64,000 bases of DNA from Cyanophora paradoxa CCMP329 (Eukaryota > Plantae > Glaucophyta), in contig QPMI01000247.1 of the NCBI GenBank assembly GCA_004431415.1, forward strand, positions 49,444 through 113,443, read 5' to 3'. Positions 47,777 through 61,350 of this stretch are shown here, piece by piece. The stretch's first letter is position 1, and the number at the start of each line of letters is the position of its first letter. Below the pieces are notes generated by a model. It had not been told where the DNA came from. It worked only from the letters and a program-made list of their open reading frames with translations, and did not search any database. The translations under genes were made by a program, and so were the position numbers.

Positions 47777-50700
47777 ATGAGGCCGCGGGAAGGCGGAGGG
47801 TCAGCGGCGCCCGGGGCGGCGGCGCGGCTGATGCTGCTCCTGGCGGTGGCGCTCCTCCCGGCGCTCGCCGCGGGCTTCGACGTCCTCATCCGCGTGACGA
47901 GGCCGCTGCCGAGCGCGCAGCTGATCCGCTCGTACACTTACAACGTCTCCTGGCAAGTGGAGAACGAGCTGCCGGACTCGCTGTACGACGTGGACGTCTT
48001 CCTGGAGGGCGTCAGCTCCGAGGCGCCCTCCACGCGCCTCGCCCAGCGGGTCGCGCCGGAGCCCATCGAGGGCCGCCGCGCCACCGCCGGCAACACCTCC
48101 TCGGGCCCCGTCACGTACCAGATCCAGTGGACCATCACCACGGCCGTGCCCCCGGGTCCGCGAGCCGCCCGCGGGCCCCTCCGGTGCACCCCTCGAGCCG
48201 GGCCCGGGCCGCGCGCAGGGCGTTACACGGTGCGGGCGCGCGTCGCGGACAACAACTGGATGTCCGGCACCTCCGCGCTCTTCTACGTCGTGGGTGCGTA
48301 CCCCCCGGTCTCGCTTCCCCTCCCCTCCCTCCCTCCCTCCCGCCGCCGCCGCCCGTCCGACCGGCGGCGCCGCGGCAGCCGGCGTGATGAGCATCTCGAC
48401 GCTGCCGGACGCTGTCGTGGGGGGAGCCACGCAGGTCATCACGTGGTCCTCCGCCGTGCGCCCGTACCCCCGTGGCCCTTCCCCCCCCCCACGCAGTTGA
48501 CCTGTACCCTCTTTCGCAGGGCCAAACGCCTCCCGTCTCACTTGAGCTGCGCCGGACGGTCCGCGCGCCCCATCCTCTGCGCGCAGCCGTAAGAGAAGTG
48601 ATCTCGTACCCCCAGCGCCTCGGGCTCGTCCGGACGCTCGCAGCGAACCTCACCGCCGGCATGACGTCGTTCGAGTGGGAGGCGCGCAGCGCACCGTAAC
48701 CCCCTCGCGATCCTTTCCTTCGAAAACGAGCCGTACCCGCAGGTCCCGCTGAATTTGATCGGCCCGGCCTTCTACATTCAGGCAACCGCCGCCACCGACG
48801 CGTCCATGACCGCCTCTACCCCCACCTTTTCTATCGCTCGTGCTCCATACCCCGCGCATTCAGTCATGCGGCGTACCCCCCTTCCCTGAGCCCGGGCCCC
48901 CCAGAGGGGCGAATCTTTTCGGAGATCGTGCAGAACGCCACCGCACTCCGGCCCTTGGGTACCCCTTTCCCGCCCCAATTCTTGTTCTGCGCCCTGCCGC
49001 CACCCTGCCTGACGCAGACTGCAGGAACGTACACCATCAAGTGGCGATCTGAGGGGACGGTGCGCGCCGGGGCGGTCGGCTGAAGCCGTACTCCCTCTTC
49101 GCTGAACCTCGTACCCCCCGCGCAGGTGGGGAACGTATCGGTGATCCTTTTCGATGAGGAGCACTCGGCTGTGCTCCTGCAGGGGGCCGAGCCCGACGGC
49201 TCTCTCAACTTCCAGGTACCCCCTCCCCCTCCCCCTCCCCAACCTGCAGCCGGTTTCGAAGGGGGCATGCAGGTCCCCGTCGACGCCAGCGGCGTCGTCT
49301 ACGCGGCCGTGGTACCCCCCTCCCTCTCCCCCCCCCCCTCTACAACTGCCTGATCACGGGGTACCCGCCAGTGCTCCCCCCGCTGCGTGCGCGCGACGCT
49401 GGGCGGGGGCGCCGAGGCGGCTCTGCGCGCCTACGAGAACATCACCACCCTACCCCCCGCCTCGGCGCGCCCGTACCCCTCCCATCCTACTCCCGCGCTC
49501 CTGACGCGGCTCCCAGGAGTCGGTGATCATCCCCGCGGAGGTTGGCAAGTTCGTGTACGGGACGGGCGTCGCCGTCACGTCGCCCTCCGGCCGCGACCCG
49601 GTGCCCTTCGTACCCCCCCCCTCTGAATCCCCCCCCTCCCCTCAAATGACTGCTCGCCAGTGGACGGCCGGCTCCGTGGCGACGATCAAATGGCGCTGCG
49701 AGGCGGCGTTCCCCTCGTTCGACGTAGTCATGGTGCCCCCCGCTCCGTCCTCGGCCCCGCCTGAAGTGCCTCTGAGCGCCTCTGCCTTCAGGTCGACCCG
49801 CAGGCGAAGGGCGCCGAGGTGCTCGTTATCAAGAGGAACGTTCCCTTCGAGCCGCCCCTGGGCTCCCTCGACTGGAGCGTGCCCGGGGGGTACGAGCGCG
49901 GGGACCGCTACGGCGTGCTCGTGTACCCCTCCGGCCGCCCCGACCTTAGCGCGACGGGCCTCTTCTTCGCCGCGTACGGGGCCCAGGCGCGCCGCTGTAC
50001 CCCCCCCCCACATCCCCAGAGCTCCTCCTGAGACGGGCTCTTGCAGTCGTCGGGGGCGCCGGACGCGGGCCTGGTGTCGGGCACGACGATCGCCGCGTTC
50101 TTCGGGGCCTGCGGGGCCTCTGGCTTCGGCCTCTACTGGTTCTGGTGGCGCCGCCGGTGCGCGGCCCCGCGCGCGCGAACTTGGGCCGGCCCGGGCTCCG
50201 CCTGAGCTGCGGGGCGGGCGGGCGCAGGAAGAAGGCGGGGGACGCGCAGTCGGAGGCCGCGACGAGCGTCCGCAACCACAGCAACTTCCTCTACACCTTC
50301 CGCGTCCGCCCCCGCCGCCCCCGCCTCCCCTGCCCCCCCCGCCCTCCCGCCTGTCTGAAGGGGCGGGGGCAGGGCAAGAGCATGAAGAGCATGTCGCGGA
50401 TCCTGTCGGGGCGGGCGCTGGAGGCGGGGGAGGAGCCGCCGGGGCGCGTGCTGGCGGCCCTCTGCTGCTGCTGCCTCGCCCTCGAGCGGAGGCGCCTCCT
50501 GCGGGCCGCCGGCAGCGAGGCCCGTCTCGAGCGGGCGGCGTCGACCAAGGCCGGTGCCTCGACCAAGAGCATCCGCCGGGGCAACAGCGGCGCCTCGGAG
50601 GGCGCCGGCGTCGCCTCTGGCGGCGGCGGCGGCGGGGCGCGGGCGCCGCGGCTCTCGCGGCAGATCTCGCACCTCAGCAGCGTGGCCGGCAGCGAGGCGA

Positions 50701-51275
50701 CGGCGGCGACGGCCGTGCGATCCGTGCACAGCTTCTCGCAGCTGCGGCTCAAGCGCGGCGGCGAGGCCAGCGAGTACGACGAGGAGGAGGACGAGGCCGC
50801 ATCCGCCCCCGAGGGCAGCGACGGGGGCCCTGAGCCGGCGGGGGGTAGGGGCTCCTCCGTCTGGGGCGCCTCCCGCAAGTACGCCGTCGAGGAGGGGTAC
50901 GAGGACTCGGCCCAGGGGGACGAGCTCGCGGTCCGCTCCGACGACGGGGGTACCGAGCTCGGCGGGCAGCGGCGGGCCGGCCGCTTCATCGGGGGCGTGT
51001 ACTTCGGGGGGTACGTCTCGCGCGCCGGGGGCGAGCCCCTCGCGATGGCGGCGGCGGCCCCCGCGGCGGTGGCGGCGTCGGCGGTGGCGGCGTCGGCGGT
51101 GGCGGCGCACGCGGCGGGCGGCGGGCGCCGGTCGGGCGCCGCGCCTCGCGCCTCGACGGGCTCGGCATCCCCGCCGACCCCGTCCTCTCCCCCGCCCAGC
51201 TCGAGCCCCCGCCCCCGGGCTGGGCCGGGCCCCGCGAGGACGCGTAGGCCCCGGGGCGGCGCAGCTCGCCGCTAG
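47777..51275 (+). CDS. Type-I membrane protein with about four Kre9/Knh1-N-like Ig-fold repeats and a low-complexity cytoplasmic tail
   Basis: Signal LMLLLAVALLPALAAG; repeated Y.I.W...V.L...W.VP...Y.V patterns; TM GLVSGTTIAAFFGACGASGFGLYWFWWRR near 50070-50155. 3' end uncertain. Confidence 0.6.
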
Positions 51276-51633
51276 TCGACCAGCTATCCAGTAACGTAAA
51301 TATTATCGACTATGTTAACCTAGCAACCGGCACCCGGTGACCTATCATTGATCATGATCATCAAAAATAATGCGAGAACGTTGCAACTTAGCAAATCTAG
51401 CGCGCCGCTGCACTGCGGCACTGCGCAATCCGATGACATCGATCGAACTCGGAATTTGAATTCGAACGGGCTGTTTGCGTGACATCCTAGGTCGAAGTCC
51501 CGGAGCCCACTTGCAATTGGCAAAGATAGTGTCCGTCTTCTTGGAGAGGACCCGAGGGGCGACAGATCTAGCTCTGGATACAACTACAGCGACAGGCGGG
51601 CACGGAGTCGAGCAGCGGTGCCGGGCCGGGCGG

Positions 51634-53975
51634 CTACCGGTCGCGGGTGCGCTTGTCCCGCCGGTCGGGCGACCGCGAGCGGGAGCGGGAGCGGCCCCGG
51701 CGCCGGTCCCTCTCCCTGTCCCGCTCCCTCTCACGCTCCCTCTCCTTCTCCCGCTCGCGCTCGCGCTCTCGGTCCCGATCCCGGTCCCGGTCGCGCTCGC
51801 GCTCGCGGCTCCGGTCGTCCCTCCGGTCGTCCCTTCTGTCCTCGCGCCGGTCGTCGCGGTCGTCCCTCCGCGCCGGCGGCGGCGGCTCGCGCCTCCCGCG
51901 GTCCGCCCCGCTCGGGCCCGGGCGCGGCCCGGGGCCCCCGCCGCCCGCCCTCGGCGCCGGCGCCGGCGCCTCGTCGTACAGAATCTCGTACCTGGGGGCA
52001 CAAGCGCTCAGCGCCGCGCCGAGTGAAAGCCAACAGCCCAGGGCCTCGCAAAGCGACGCACTGCTTGCCGCCGGGGCCGCCGCGCGGGGCGCCCATGGGC
52101 CCGCCGACGGGCTTCTTGAACTCGTAGCCGCGCTTGAGGCCCCGCGTGGGGACGTCCTCCGCGTCCTTGCCGTCCCCGCCCCCCTTGTCCCCTGAAGCGG
52201 AGGCCGAGGCCGGTGAGGCCGGTGAGCGGGGGGCGGGGGGGGCCCTGGCGGACCGGGGAGGCCCATCTTGTGGCGGCGCCAGAGCTTGGAGACGGACTGG
52301 CTGAAGTCGACGTGGATGCGCCGGTCGTCGATCAGCACCTGCCGGCCCGGCCCGCGCCCGTCCGTTCGGCGAGGCGGGGAGGCGGGGGCGAGGGGGCGGG
52401 GCGGGGGGCACGTTGTCCATCTTGAAGTAGGCCTGCTCGCAGTCCTCCTTCTTCTCGAACTCGATGAAGGCGTAGTTCAGCGAGTCCCCCGTCTTCCAGT
52501 CCCGGATCACCTCGCAGCTGTGGGGGCGGGGGCGGCGAGATCAGCTCGCCCCCGGGCCGCCTCTGCGCCCGCGGCCGGCGCGGCCCCCGCCCCCGCGCAC
52601 CTCCGGATCGGCCCGAAGCGCGAGAAGATCGTCATCAGGTCGTCGTCCTGCGTCACCTGTACCCAGGGGGTTAGGTGATAGCAGGGGAGGGGGCAGGAGG
52701 GGGGTACGCGCCCTGTGGAGCCTGCAGACGAAGAGGACGTTCTCCGGCGGCTTGAACTCCGCATCGGGGATATCGCCGACCTGGGGAAGGGGGTACGCGT
52801 CACACAGGGGTATGGAAAAACTCACGGGGGGTACGCGCGCACCATCTCGAGCACGACGGCGCGGGACTTGGCCTCCTTGTCGGCCACGGCCTTCTCCAGC
52901 TGGGGGGTACAGTGTCGGGGGGGGGGGGTCAAACGAGGGCGAGGGGGTACACGGGCACCTCCTCGACCGAACGGCCGTGAATGTCGTCCGCGAACGGATC
53001 CTCGTCCTCGCGGATGCGCGTGTCCTGCGGGGGACCGATCAGCGGGAGAGATGCGGGGGACGAGAGCGGCCCGGGGCACGCGCATTCGAGTAGTCGGGAG
53101 GGGGCGGGGACTGGTCGGGGATCTGCAGGTTGGGGGGGTCCGGGAACGGGTCGTCCAGGATGACGCAGTGGCGGATGCTGTCCGGGGCCGGCGGGCGGGC
53201 GGGCGTCAGGCGGGGCGCCCCGCGGGGCGCGGGGGCCGAGTGCCGCACCGGATGATCTGCAGCGGCTTGCCCTCCTCATCCGCCGGGGTCTCGTTGATCT
53301 TCATGAGCACGTCGAGGCCCTCCGCCACCTGCGCTCGCGCGGCGCCGCGGCCGCTCAGGGCGCCGCGGCGGCGGGCGGCGAGCGGCGGGCGGGCGCGCCT
53401 CCCCGAAGATTGTCGCCTTGCCGTCCAGGTAGTCGATGTTCGGCCTGCACGTGATGTAGAACTGCGCGGGCGGCGCCGCGTCAGACGCGCGCGGGGCTCT
53501 GAGCGGCGGCGCGGCGCGGCGCGGCGCGGCGGGAGCTCGCCTGGGACCCGTTGCGATCCTTGCCGCCCGTGACCATCGCCACCATGCCGACCTTCGAGTG
53601 CGTGATCTCCTTGTGGATCTCGTCCTCGAAGTACTTCGCTTGCTCGCCGTACATGACGCTGCGCGGCGCTCAGCGTCGTTCCCGGTGCAGAGGCTTAAGG
53701 ATACGCCCGCTAGACGCCTCGCTCGCCACGCGATGGCAGCGATGGCCGTGGGGCTAGCGCGAGACGGCGCACCCATACACGCTCTCGCCGCCCTTGCCGG
53801 TATTCGTGGGGTCGCCGGTTTGCACAATGAAGTCCTTCTCCACCTTGAAGAACTCGCAGTTGTTGTAATACTTGATCTTGGCCAGCTTCAGGAAGTTCTT
53901 CGCGGCGAGCGGGCATTTCTCAGTGTATAGGTCGATCACCAGGTCGCCCTTCGACGTCTCCAGCAACACCGCCAT
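51634..53975 (-). CDS. PPIL4: Cyclophilin-RRM protein with RD/RS-rich tail (PPIL4/CYP59)
   Basis: [16 protein letters not shown]...[12 protein letters not shown]...[15 protein letters not shown]; ILDDPFPDP; [11 protein letters not shown]; [17 protein letters not shown]; [17 protein letters not shown]. Confidence 0.96.
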
Positions 53976-54163
53976 CGCGCCGGCCGAAGAAGACGGCCGG
54001 AAGACCGCGTTCCCGGGTACGCGACAACAATCGATCCGCTGGCCGAGAGAGTTGTCTCCGGCGGGCCTACGCGGGGTCTATGAGGCGTATAAGGCCATTG
54101 AAGACGCGGTAGCAGCTCTCAGCCGACCGGCCCTCGTGGAGGAATCAAGGTGCCGTCCGAGCG

Positions 54164-57100
54164 ATGAGGCAAGAGGCGATGCGGAGCGAAGCTTTCAGCG
54201 ATGCAGCGGCGAGCGAGGAGTCTCCGCTGCTGGACGCGCTCGGCGCTCGGGCCAATTCACGCGCCAGGCGGCTGGCACATGAGATCGACGATCAAGCGCT
54301 CAGCTATCCCATCTTCCAGTGGATACAACGATGGTTCAATGGATCGGTGCGAAATTTGGGTGTACGCATTCGGCGCTCTGGCCGGAGCGCCAGTCTGTTA
54401 GATGCGCGATGGGCCGTCGCATGAATTCCGCCCGCCCCGCCTGCAGAACCGCCTCGCAAAGCGTTAAGACGATTGTCCGCGCTCTTCAAACCGACCGCTC
54501 GCGGCGCAGGCGCTTATCATGGGCTGCCTCATGTTCACGCTGGTTCTGACCCGAAGCCTCGATGTCGTCCTTTACATCCGCGTGACGAAGAAGATGACGA
54601 ACTACCCCTGGTTCCTCTCCAGCATCCTCCTGACACTCTCCTTCGCCCTCCTCTGCTGGCCCGTCGTTTGGTGCGCAGCCGCCGGTCACCGCTCGCTCGG
54701 GGCGCCGTTCTCGCCACCGACCTGCGCGCAGGTTCAAGATCTGGCGCGGGAGCATAACGCCCGAGATGCGCACCTTCCCCAAGAGCAAGGTAGCCCCGCA
54801 CTGCGCGCCGCACGACGCCGCCGCTGCCGCCCGCCGCCGACGCGCGCGACCCGCCCAGTTCGCTGTCGCGGGGGCTCTCGATGCCATCGCGAACCTCATC
54901 TCAACCGTCCCCGCCTCCTTCCTGAGGTGCGCCCCGCCCCGCCCGTAAGTCCCCGCCCCGTCCCGCGCCTCACCGCCCCCGCCCCGACCCCCGCCCCGCA
55001 GCGGCCCCGTGAACGTTGTTGTCTCCCAGGCCGTCGTACCCGCCACCCTCCTCGCCGGCATCGCGTTCCAGCGCACGCGGTACCACCCGCCCCTGCCCGC
55101 CCCGCCCCGGCCCGCCCCGCCCTAGCCCGAGTCGCCCCGCAGATTCCAGTGGACGCACTTCCTCGGCGCCTTCGTCATCGCGCTCGCGGTGAGGACGGGG
55201 CGGGGTACCGCGCGCTCGGAGCCCGGCGCGAGGGGGGTACGGGGCCGGCAGGTGGCGGTGCAGGCGGCCCCCAACTTCGACCTGGACCTCTTCGGGGACT
55301 TCGATTTCGCGGCGGAGGGGGCGGTGCAGGGGTCCGCCGCGCGCGTGCCGCCGCCGTCCCCCGAAGGCCACAGCGGGCCGGCGCCGCCGGGCCCCCCCGC
55401 GGAGCCCTCGAACCTCTGGTGGTGGACCCTCCTCCTCATCGCATCGACCCTCCCCAACGCCGGTGCGCGCTGGAGCGCCCGTGCCCGGCCGGGCCGGCGC
55501 TGACCTCAGGCCCGTCAGGCTCGAACGTGTACAAGGACTGCACCTTTAAGGAAGCGGTGCGCCCCGCCCCGCCCCGCCCCGCCTCCGCCGGCCGGCCGCC
55601 CTGCAACCGCGCCGGCAGCAACTGGACGTGTGGTACTACAACGCGTGGGTCGCCCTCTTCCAGCTCCTCGCCGGCGCCGCCCTCGTCCCCGCCATCTTCG
55701 CGCCCTCCCTCAACGGGTCCGCTCCTCCCCTCTCTCCCCTTCGCCCGATCCCGAGGTCGAGTCCTCTGCTGCAGGATGGCCCACATGCACAAGCGGGGGG
55801 GCACGCTGTTCGAGGTGCGCGCGCTGCTGGGGCCCGGGCGACGCAGGCCGATCCCGACGCCCCGCCGCCCCCCTCAGATCGGGGACTACGTGGCGGACGC
55901 GACGGGGTGCTTCCTGGGGTACGACACGCGGGCGGGGGACCGCTGCGACGGGGGCGCCCCGACCTGGAGCGTCCTGGCCGTGCGCTGCCCCGCCCCGCAG
56001 CCCCGCCTCCCGTCCGTCCATCGAACGAACGCCTCCACCCCGCAGGCGTTCATCACGCTGAACGTCATGTTCAACATCGTCATGGTGCGCCGCGCCGCGC
56101 CCGGCCCGCCCCTCCTCGGCCGCCCGGCGCCTCACGCCGGACCCCAGGTGATCGTGCACAAGCACGGGAGCGCGACGCTCGCGATCGCCTCCTCCGTCCT
56201 CCGCCTCGTCACCTCGGTCCGCCCCGCCCCGCCCCGCCCCGCCCCGCCCCGCCCGGCCCGGCCCGAGGCCCCCCGCAGGACCTGCTCTTCGGGGTGCCGC
56301 TGTTGGCGGGGGAGGCGGCGGGGGCGATGGGCGGCACGGACGGCGTCGCCCTCCTCGTCATCGTCGCCGGCCTCGTCCTCTACCGCAGTGCGCTCGGCTT
56401 CGGCCTTAGAGAGTCGTTCGCCGCCCGCCCCGCCTGAGGCGTCGCCCCCGCCGCAGTGGAGGAGCCGCTCCCCGCGGCCCCCGAGGCGCGCTGGCTCGGG
56501 GCGCCCTTCGCCGACTGGATCCGCCGCGTGCGTCCAAATCGGATCGCATCTCATCTGATCCGAGCTTCCGTGCCTGACCGAGGCCCCGCCCCGCAGCACG
56601 CGCCGCCGCTGTCGCCGCTGGGCGATCGGATCGCGTCGGGCCCGCTCGGGCGCCTCGCGGCGCGGGCGCGGCGGAAGCTGCGGCGCTGGGGCCTGGGCTG
56701 GCTGGTGGGCTACGAGACGTACGAGGAGGACGCGGCGCTGATGGCGCGCTTCGGCGTGGCGTCGGCGGCCGCCGGCGGGCCCGTCACCGGCCTCTCCTCC
56801 ACCAGCACCCGCGGCGTCGCCATGGCTAAGTCCCGCGCCGCCGCCGCCGCCGCCGCCGCCGGGGCCGGCGCCAGCATGCAGGGCTCCTACCACGCCCAGG
56901 GCTCCCTCACGCGGGCGGCGGCGGCGGCGGCGGCGGCGCTGCTGCCGCAGGCGCACCGGAGCCCGTCGTTCCTCTCCGTGGCGGCGCTCGGCGCCAACGA
57001 CTTCGAGGCCCTCGCCGCCCGCGAGCGCCTCTCCCTCCTCTCCTCCGCCCTCCTCCGCTCCGCCGAGGGCGCAGGCCCCGGCGCCGGCGCCGGCGGCAGC

Positions 57101-57409
57101 CCGCCTCTGGGCCTCCTCCGCCTCCGCCTCCGCCGCCGCCGCCGGCTCCGAATCCGGCGTGGCGGGCTCCCCGCGGGCGGCGCCGGGGCCGGCGCGGCGC
57201 CGAGCGGGGCGAACGGGTACGGGAGCGCGGGCCCGGCGCGGCCGCACCTGCAGCACGATATCCGGCGGGACTACCTGCGGAAGCTCGGGGTCGGCCCCGG
57301 GGCCGCGCAGCCGGCGCCGCCGGCCTTCGCCCGCGCCCGCATGCACATGGGCTCGTCCTACGCCACGCCCCCGGACGACTACGTCCCCGCCCACGGCTTC
57401 CACGACTAG
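54164..57409 (+). CDS. CRT-like (chloroquine-resistance-transporter family, DMT superfamily) transporter
   Basis: KKMTNYPWFLS, ITPEMRTFPK..FAVAGALDAI, SNVYKD, LDVWYYNAWVALFQ, CFLG...CDG, NVMFNI...KHGSA; multiple TM segments and a long C-tail. Confidence 0.87.
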
Positions 57410-57763
57410 CCGCTCGAGCGGCCGCCCCGCTTTTCCGATTACGTTGGCCAGCCGCGGCCTTCTCCTTTTCGTTTGCGAGTCGCTGAGTGCTTTTCAGGAT
57501 CGCGCAGGCCCGTGCGGCCTGCAGTTATTTGCTGTTATCGTTAAACTACTAGTGAGAGTTTCAATCTGAGAAGGGGCATGCTCGGCATGCCGAGCAGGCC
57601 CCGGCATGAGGGCCCGGGGGTACGGCCATTGACGACGGCCGCGGGCCAGGTACGGCGGGAGCTTGCCGTTAACAGCAGCGGCGCTTATTTGCATGCGCAT
57701 GCGCATGCAGGTAAACCAACGCCGTATCGACGAGCGGCCTTGACGCCGACCGCAACACGCTCG

Positions 57764-59966
57764 ATGCTGCGGCCTAGCAAGCGAGCGAGAGGGTCCGAAG
57801 AGCCAGCCACTGTCGAGGAGCCAGCGGCACCAGCTGCAGCTGCGCATGCGGTCGAAGAGCCGACGAGCATCGCGCATTTGCCGGTCGAGCTGCTCGCCCG
57901 CGTCCTGTCGTTCCTCCCGTTCGAGAATGCGTGGCCGCTCCGGCGGGTCAGCAAGCTCTGGCGCTCGGCGTTGGAACGTGCGGAGTTCGAGATTGTTCGG
58001 CTCAGCGGCCTTACGTACACGCAGCGCAGCAACTCCATCTGGTATTTGAACGCGTTCTCTCGAGCGGCGCGCAGCAGCGGCATCGCGCGCTGTGTGCCCA
58101 CGGCCTACATCGACATGGAGCCGTCCTTCCCATGCATGGAGGATTGGGTGAACGAGGACGAGCCCGAGGACCCGGACACCGTCGGCGGAAACGACGCGGC
58201 GCGGGCGCGCATGGGTCTCTTTCAACTCTTCGGCGCCGTTTGCCGCGTCCTCGCCGCCATCACACCTTCCGCCGAGATTGTCGCCGGCAGCAGCGCTGAG
58301 CGGCGCCTCAGCCGTCCCTCGGCGCCTCAGCCGCGGCGGCGCTCTGTGGAAGTCGTCCTCGACCTCTCTTTCACGCCCTACGCGTACTTGGACGAGTACT
58401 TCAAGCCCGCCGACAACCTGGCGCGGTCGCTCGTCCTCGGCGTCCTGGCGGCCCTGCGGCCCGTCCGAACCGCCTCCTCGCCCGCCGCCTCGGATCCGGA
58501 GCGCCAGCCCGTGGCGCCCAGCGTGCTCGAGGAGCTCACCGTCGAAGTGAAGTGGATCGAGTTCGCCGCCTGGCGGCCCTGGACCCCGGACGCCGGCGAC
58601 CTCCGCACCTTCCTGGCCCCCTTCTCGAACCTGCGCGCCCTCGAGCTCGGTCAGCCCCGCAGCGCCGCCCCCGCTTCCGCTGGGGCCCCTCTCGCCCTCT
58701 CACCCGCCTCCGCAGCCGCGAACTCCTGCACGATCACAGGGCCGGCGGCCGCCGCGATCGCCGAGTGCTGCCCGCGGCTCACCAAGCTCGAGATGTGGCC
58801 GGGCGCCGCCGAGGCCGTCGGGGCGCTCGCGGCCCTGCCACTGGAGCACGTCATCATCCGCACCAGCCGCCAGACGCCGTTCGCCGGCGGCATCGCGCAG
58901 CTCGCGGCCGGCCCCGCCTCGCGCACCCTCCAGATCATCCAGCTTTTCCACCAAGATGAGCATAAGACCGCCGGGGCCGGCGAGCTCAGCTCGGACGACC
59001 TGCGCGCCCTCCCGCGCTTCGTGAACCTCGAGCGCCTTCTTGATGTGCTGGTTCGGCCCCCCCGCCCCCCCCTTCCTCCCCCCTCCTTCCTCCCCCCCTC
59101 CTTCTTCCCCCCCCCCCCCAATCACTCCCTCCCTCCCACCCCCCACCCCCCACCCCTTCCCTCGCCCCGCCCGCACGCCCACCGCCGCTGCCGCGTTCCC
59201 CGTCCGCGCTCGCTCTGATTTTCTGAGGCCGCGCCCCAGCTCGTGCCGGGCCGCGCCACGCAGGAGGACGTCGCCTGTCTTGGGGCCGTGCCGAAACTCA
59301 GCATCCTCATCCTCTCGGTCCTGCCGAACGGGGACGACGCCGGCACCGCCGCACTGCGCGGCCTGTCCGAGGCCTTCCGCGCCTCCCGCTCGCTAACGGA
59401 CGTCGACCTGGAAATCACGCGTGCGCGCCCAGCCCGGCGCGCCCTCGCGCGCCCTTCCGACCGCCCGCACGCGCGCGCAGTGCCGAATCCCGACGCGGCG
59501 GCGGTGGCGGACGTCGTTCGGGCGGCGGGGGCCGCCCTCCGCAAGCTCGCCGTGCGCCTCGCGGGCCGCCCGATCACGGCGGCGGAGCTGGAGGCGCTGG
59601 TCGCGTGCAGCCCGCGCGCGGAGGTCAGCGTCTCCTGCGAGGCGGCCACCCTCGCAGACGTCCTCCCCTTCCAGGTGCGCCGCGCAGCCCGGCAGGCCCG
59701 GCCCCCTAGGACGGCGCCGCTCACCTCCCGCGTCTGCCCCCGCGCAGGTGCTCGCCCGGGCGCCGGCGGCCCTCGCGCCCCCTTCGCCCTCGGCTCCGAG
59801 GTGGCGCCGCCTCTGCAGCAGCGCCGGCGGGCTCCGGGTCACCGTCGCGGTCCGCGACGACGGCGTGCGCGAGGTTGCCTCCGGGCTCGTCGCCGCCTGG
59901 CTCCCGCCCTCCTCCCGCGCCTCCGTCCTCTTCTCGAAGCCTTGGCCGCAGCCGCGCGCCCCGTGA
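57764..59966 (+). CDS. F-box/LRR-like protein
   Basis: IAHLPVELLARVLSFLPFENAWPLRRVSKLWR; LRR-like FSNLRALEL, CPRLTKLEM, VPKLSIL. Confidence 0.82.
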
Positions 59967-61350
59967 CCACGGGCTACGTACGCGTCCGCTTTCCCGGGCC
60001 CCCTCGAGAGCTCCCGGGCCCAGCCCTCCCCTGGCATCCTTGTATTTATCTTGAAGGCTTATGCTTCTCTTAGAATCTCATCAAAGTCTCCCGCGGCCGG
60101 CCCCGCCGGGGGCCGCCTCTACGCCGTGCACGTGCACCGGCGCCGGCCGCGGCCGCGGGGACTCGCCGCATGCATGCGCATGTGGGCCCGGGGCCGGGCG
60201 GCCTGCAGTCTGACTCAGTGAGCTCGAGACGGCGCCGCGCCCGCGTCCGCACGCTCATGCATATGCGCATGCGCAGACCAAGGCCTAGGCCGCCTAGCTA
60301 GCGCTGTATACGTAGCTATGCCGGCCCGGCGGTAGCGCATGCGGCGAATTCGGAGCGCCTGCTCAATTGCGATCGAGGTGCTGGAGCGATCGGCCACCGA
60401 CGGCCACGTGCAATCGCGAGCTCGAGCGAGCGCCGCGCGCGCCGATCGACGTCGTCGTCGCGCGCCGTGTCGCCGCCGACGTGCACATGCGCAGCTAGCG
60501 CTTATGCGTACTACTGGGGGATATGCGCATGCGGCGCTCATCATGTTCGAATTCGTTGCTGGGGGATACGAAATCGATATTACGGATTCGATCGCGAAAC
60601 CGGTCAGCCGCAACCAAACGTTATTTGGGGCAATTTTGGGCCCAGTTTCGGGGGATACAGGGAAGCGAGGCCATTCAAGGGGGGAGGAACTTCGGCTTAA
60701 GCTTGGAGGTGCCGCCGGACGGTCGGTTCACTGCGTATCCCGCACCCGGCGACGCGTGCGGGGCGCCGCGTCGACCTCCTTAGGTGCTTCGGGCCCCGCG
60801 CGTGGAGTACTGCGGCACAGAACATCGGAGGGCGCACACGGCATCGATATCGCGATTCGCGACTCCCGACCCGGCCGCAAGGCGCGCGGCAGCCGCAATC
60901 CCAACGAGATCGCAGCGCATATCGCAGCGCGGAAGTCGCCGCGGAGTACCCTCAGCTGCGGTTTCGGCCGCGGCCGCGGCCACAACCCCAACAACCCCAA
61001 CAGTCTGACAGCTGCAGCTTTCCCCCCCAAGCCCCCGCATGCAGCGGCATCGGGGCATGCATGCGGTGCTGCAGCTGATGCGCAGGCGTTGATGTGTTCC
61101 GGTGCGAGCTTTAACACGTGAGGCGAGGTCGCCCACGGCGACGCTGCTGCCCGGCGTCGGCCGCGATCCAGCAAACAGCCCGGCCGCAGCACCACAGACA
61201 GAGTGCCTGCGGCCATCGGGGGTGCAATAGTACGCTCGCCTGCAGCTGGTGCAGATTGGCAGAGCGACAGCCTTCTGGCCGGAGCTTGCTGCAACTGCAC
61301 ACTTACTCGTGCTCGTCGAATCCGGGCCGCTTCGGGTGCACGCCTTGGAG

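Noticed and set aside
61100-61340. Minus-strand CTSCRRAYYCT, resembling part of a MYND zinc finger
   Set aside because: The other Cys/His ligands are missing, and the ORF overlaps the 5' end of the Cache gene. At most a decayed fragment.
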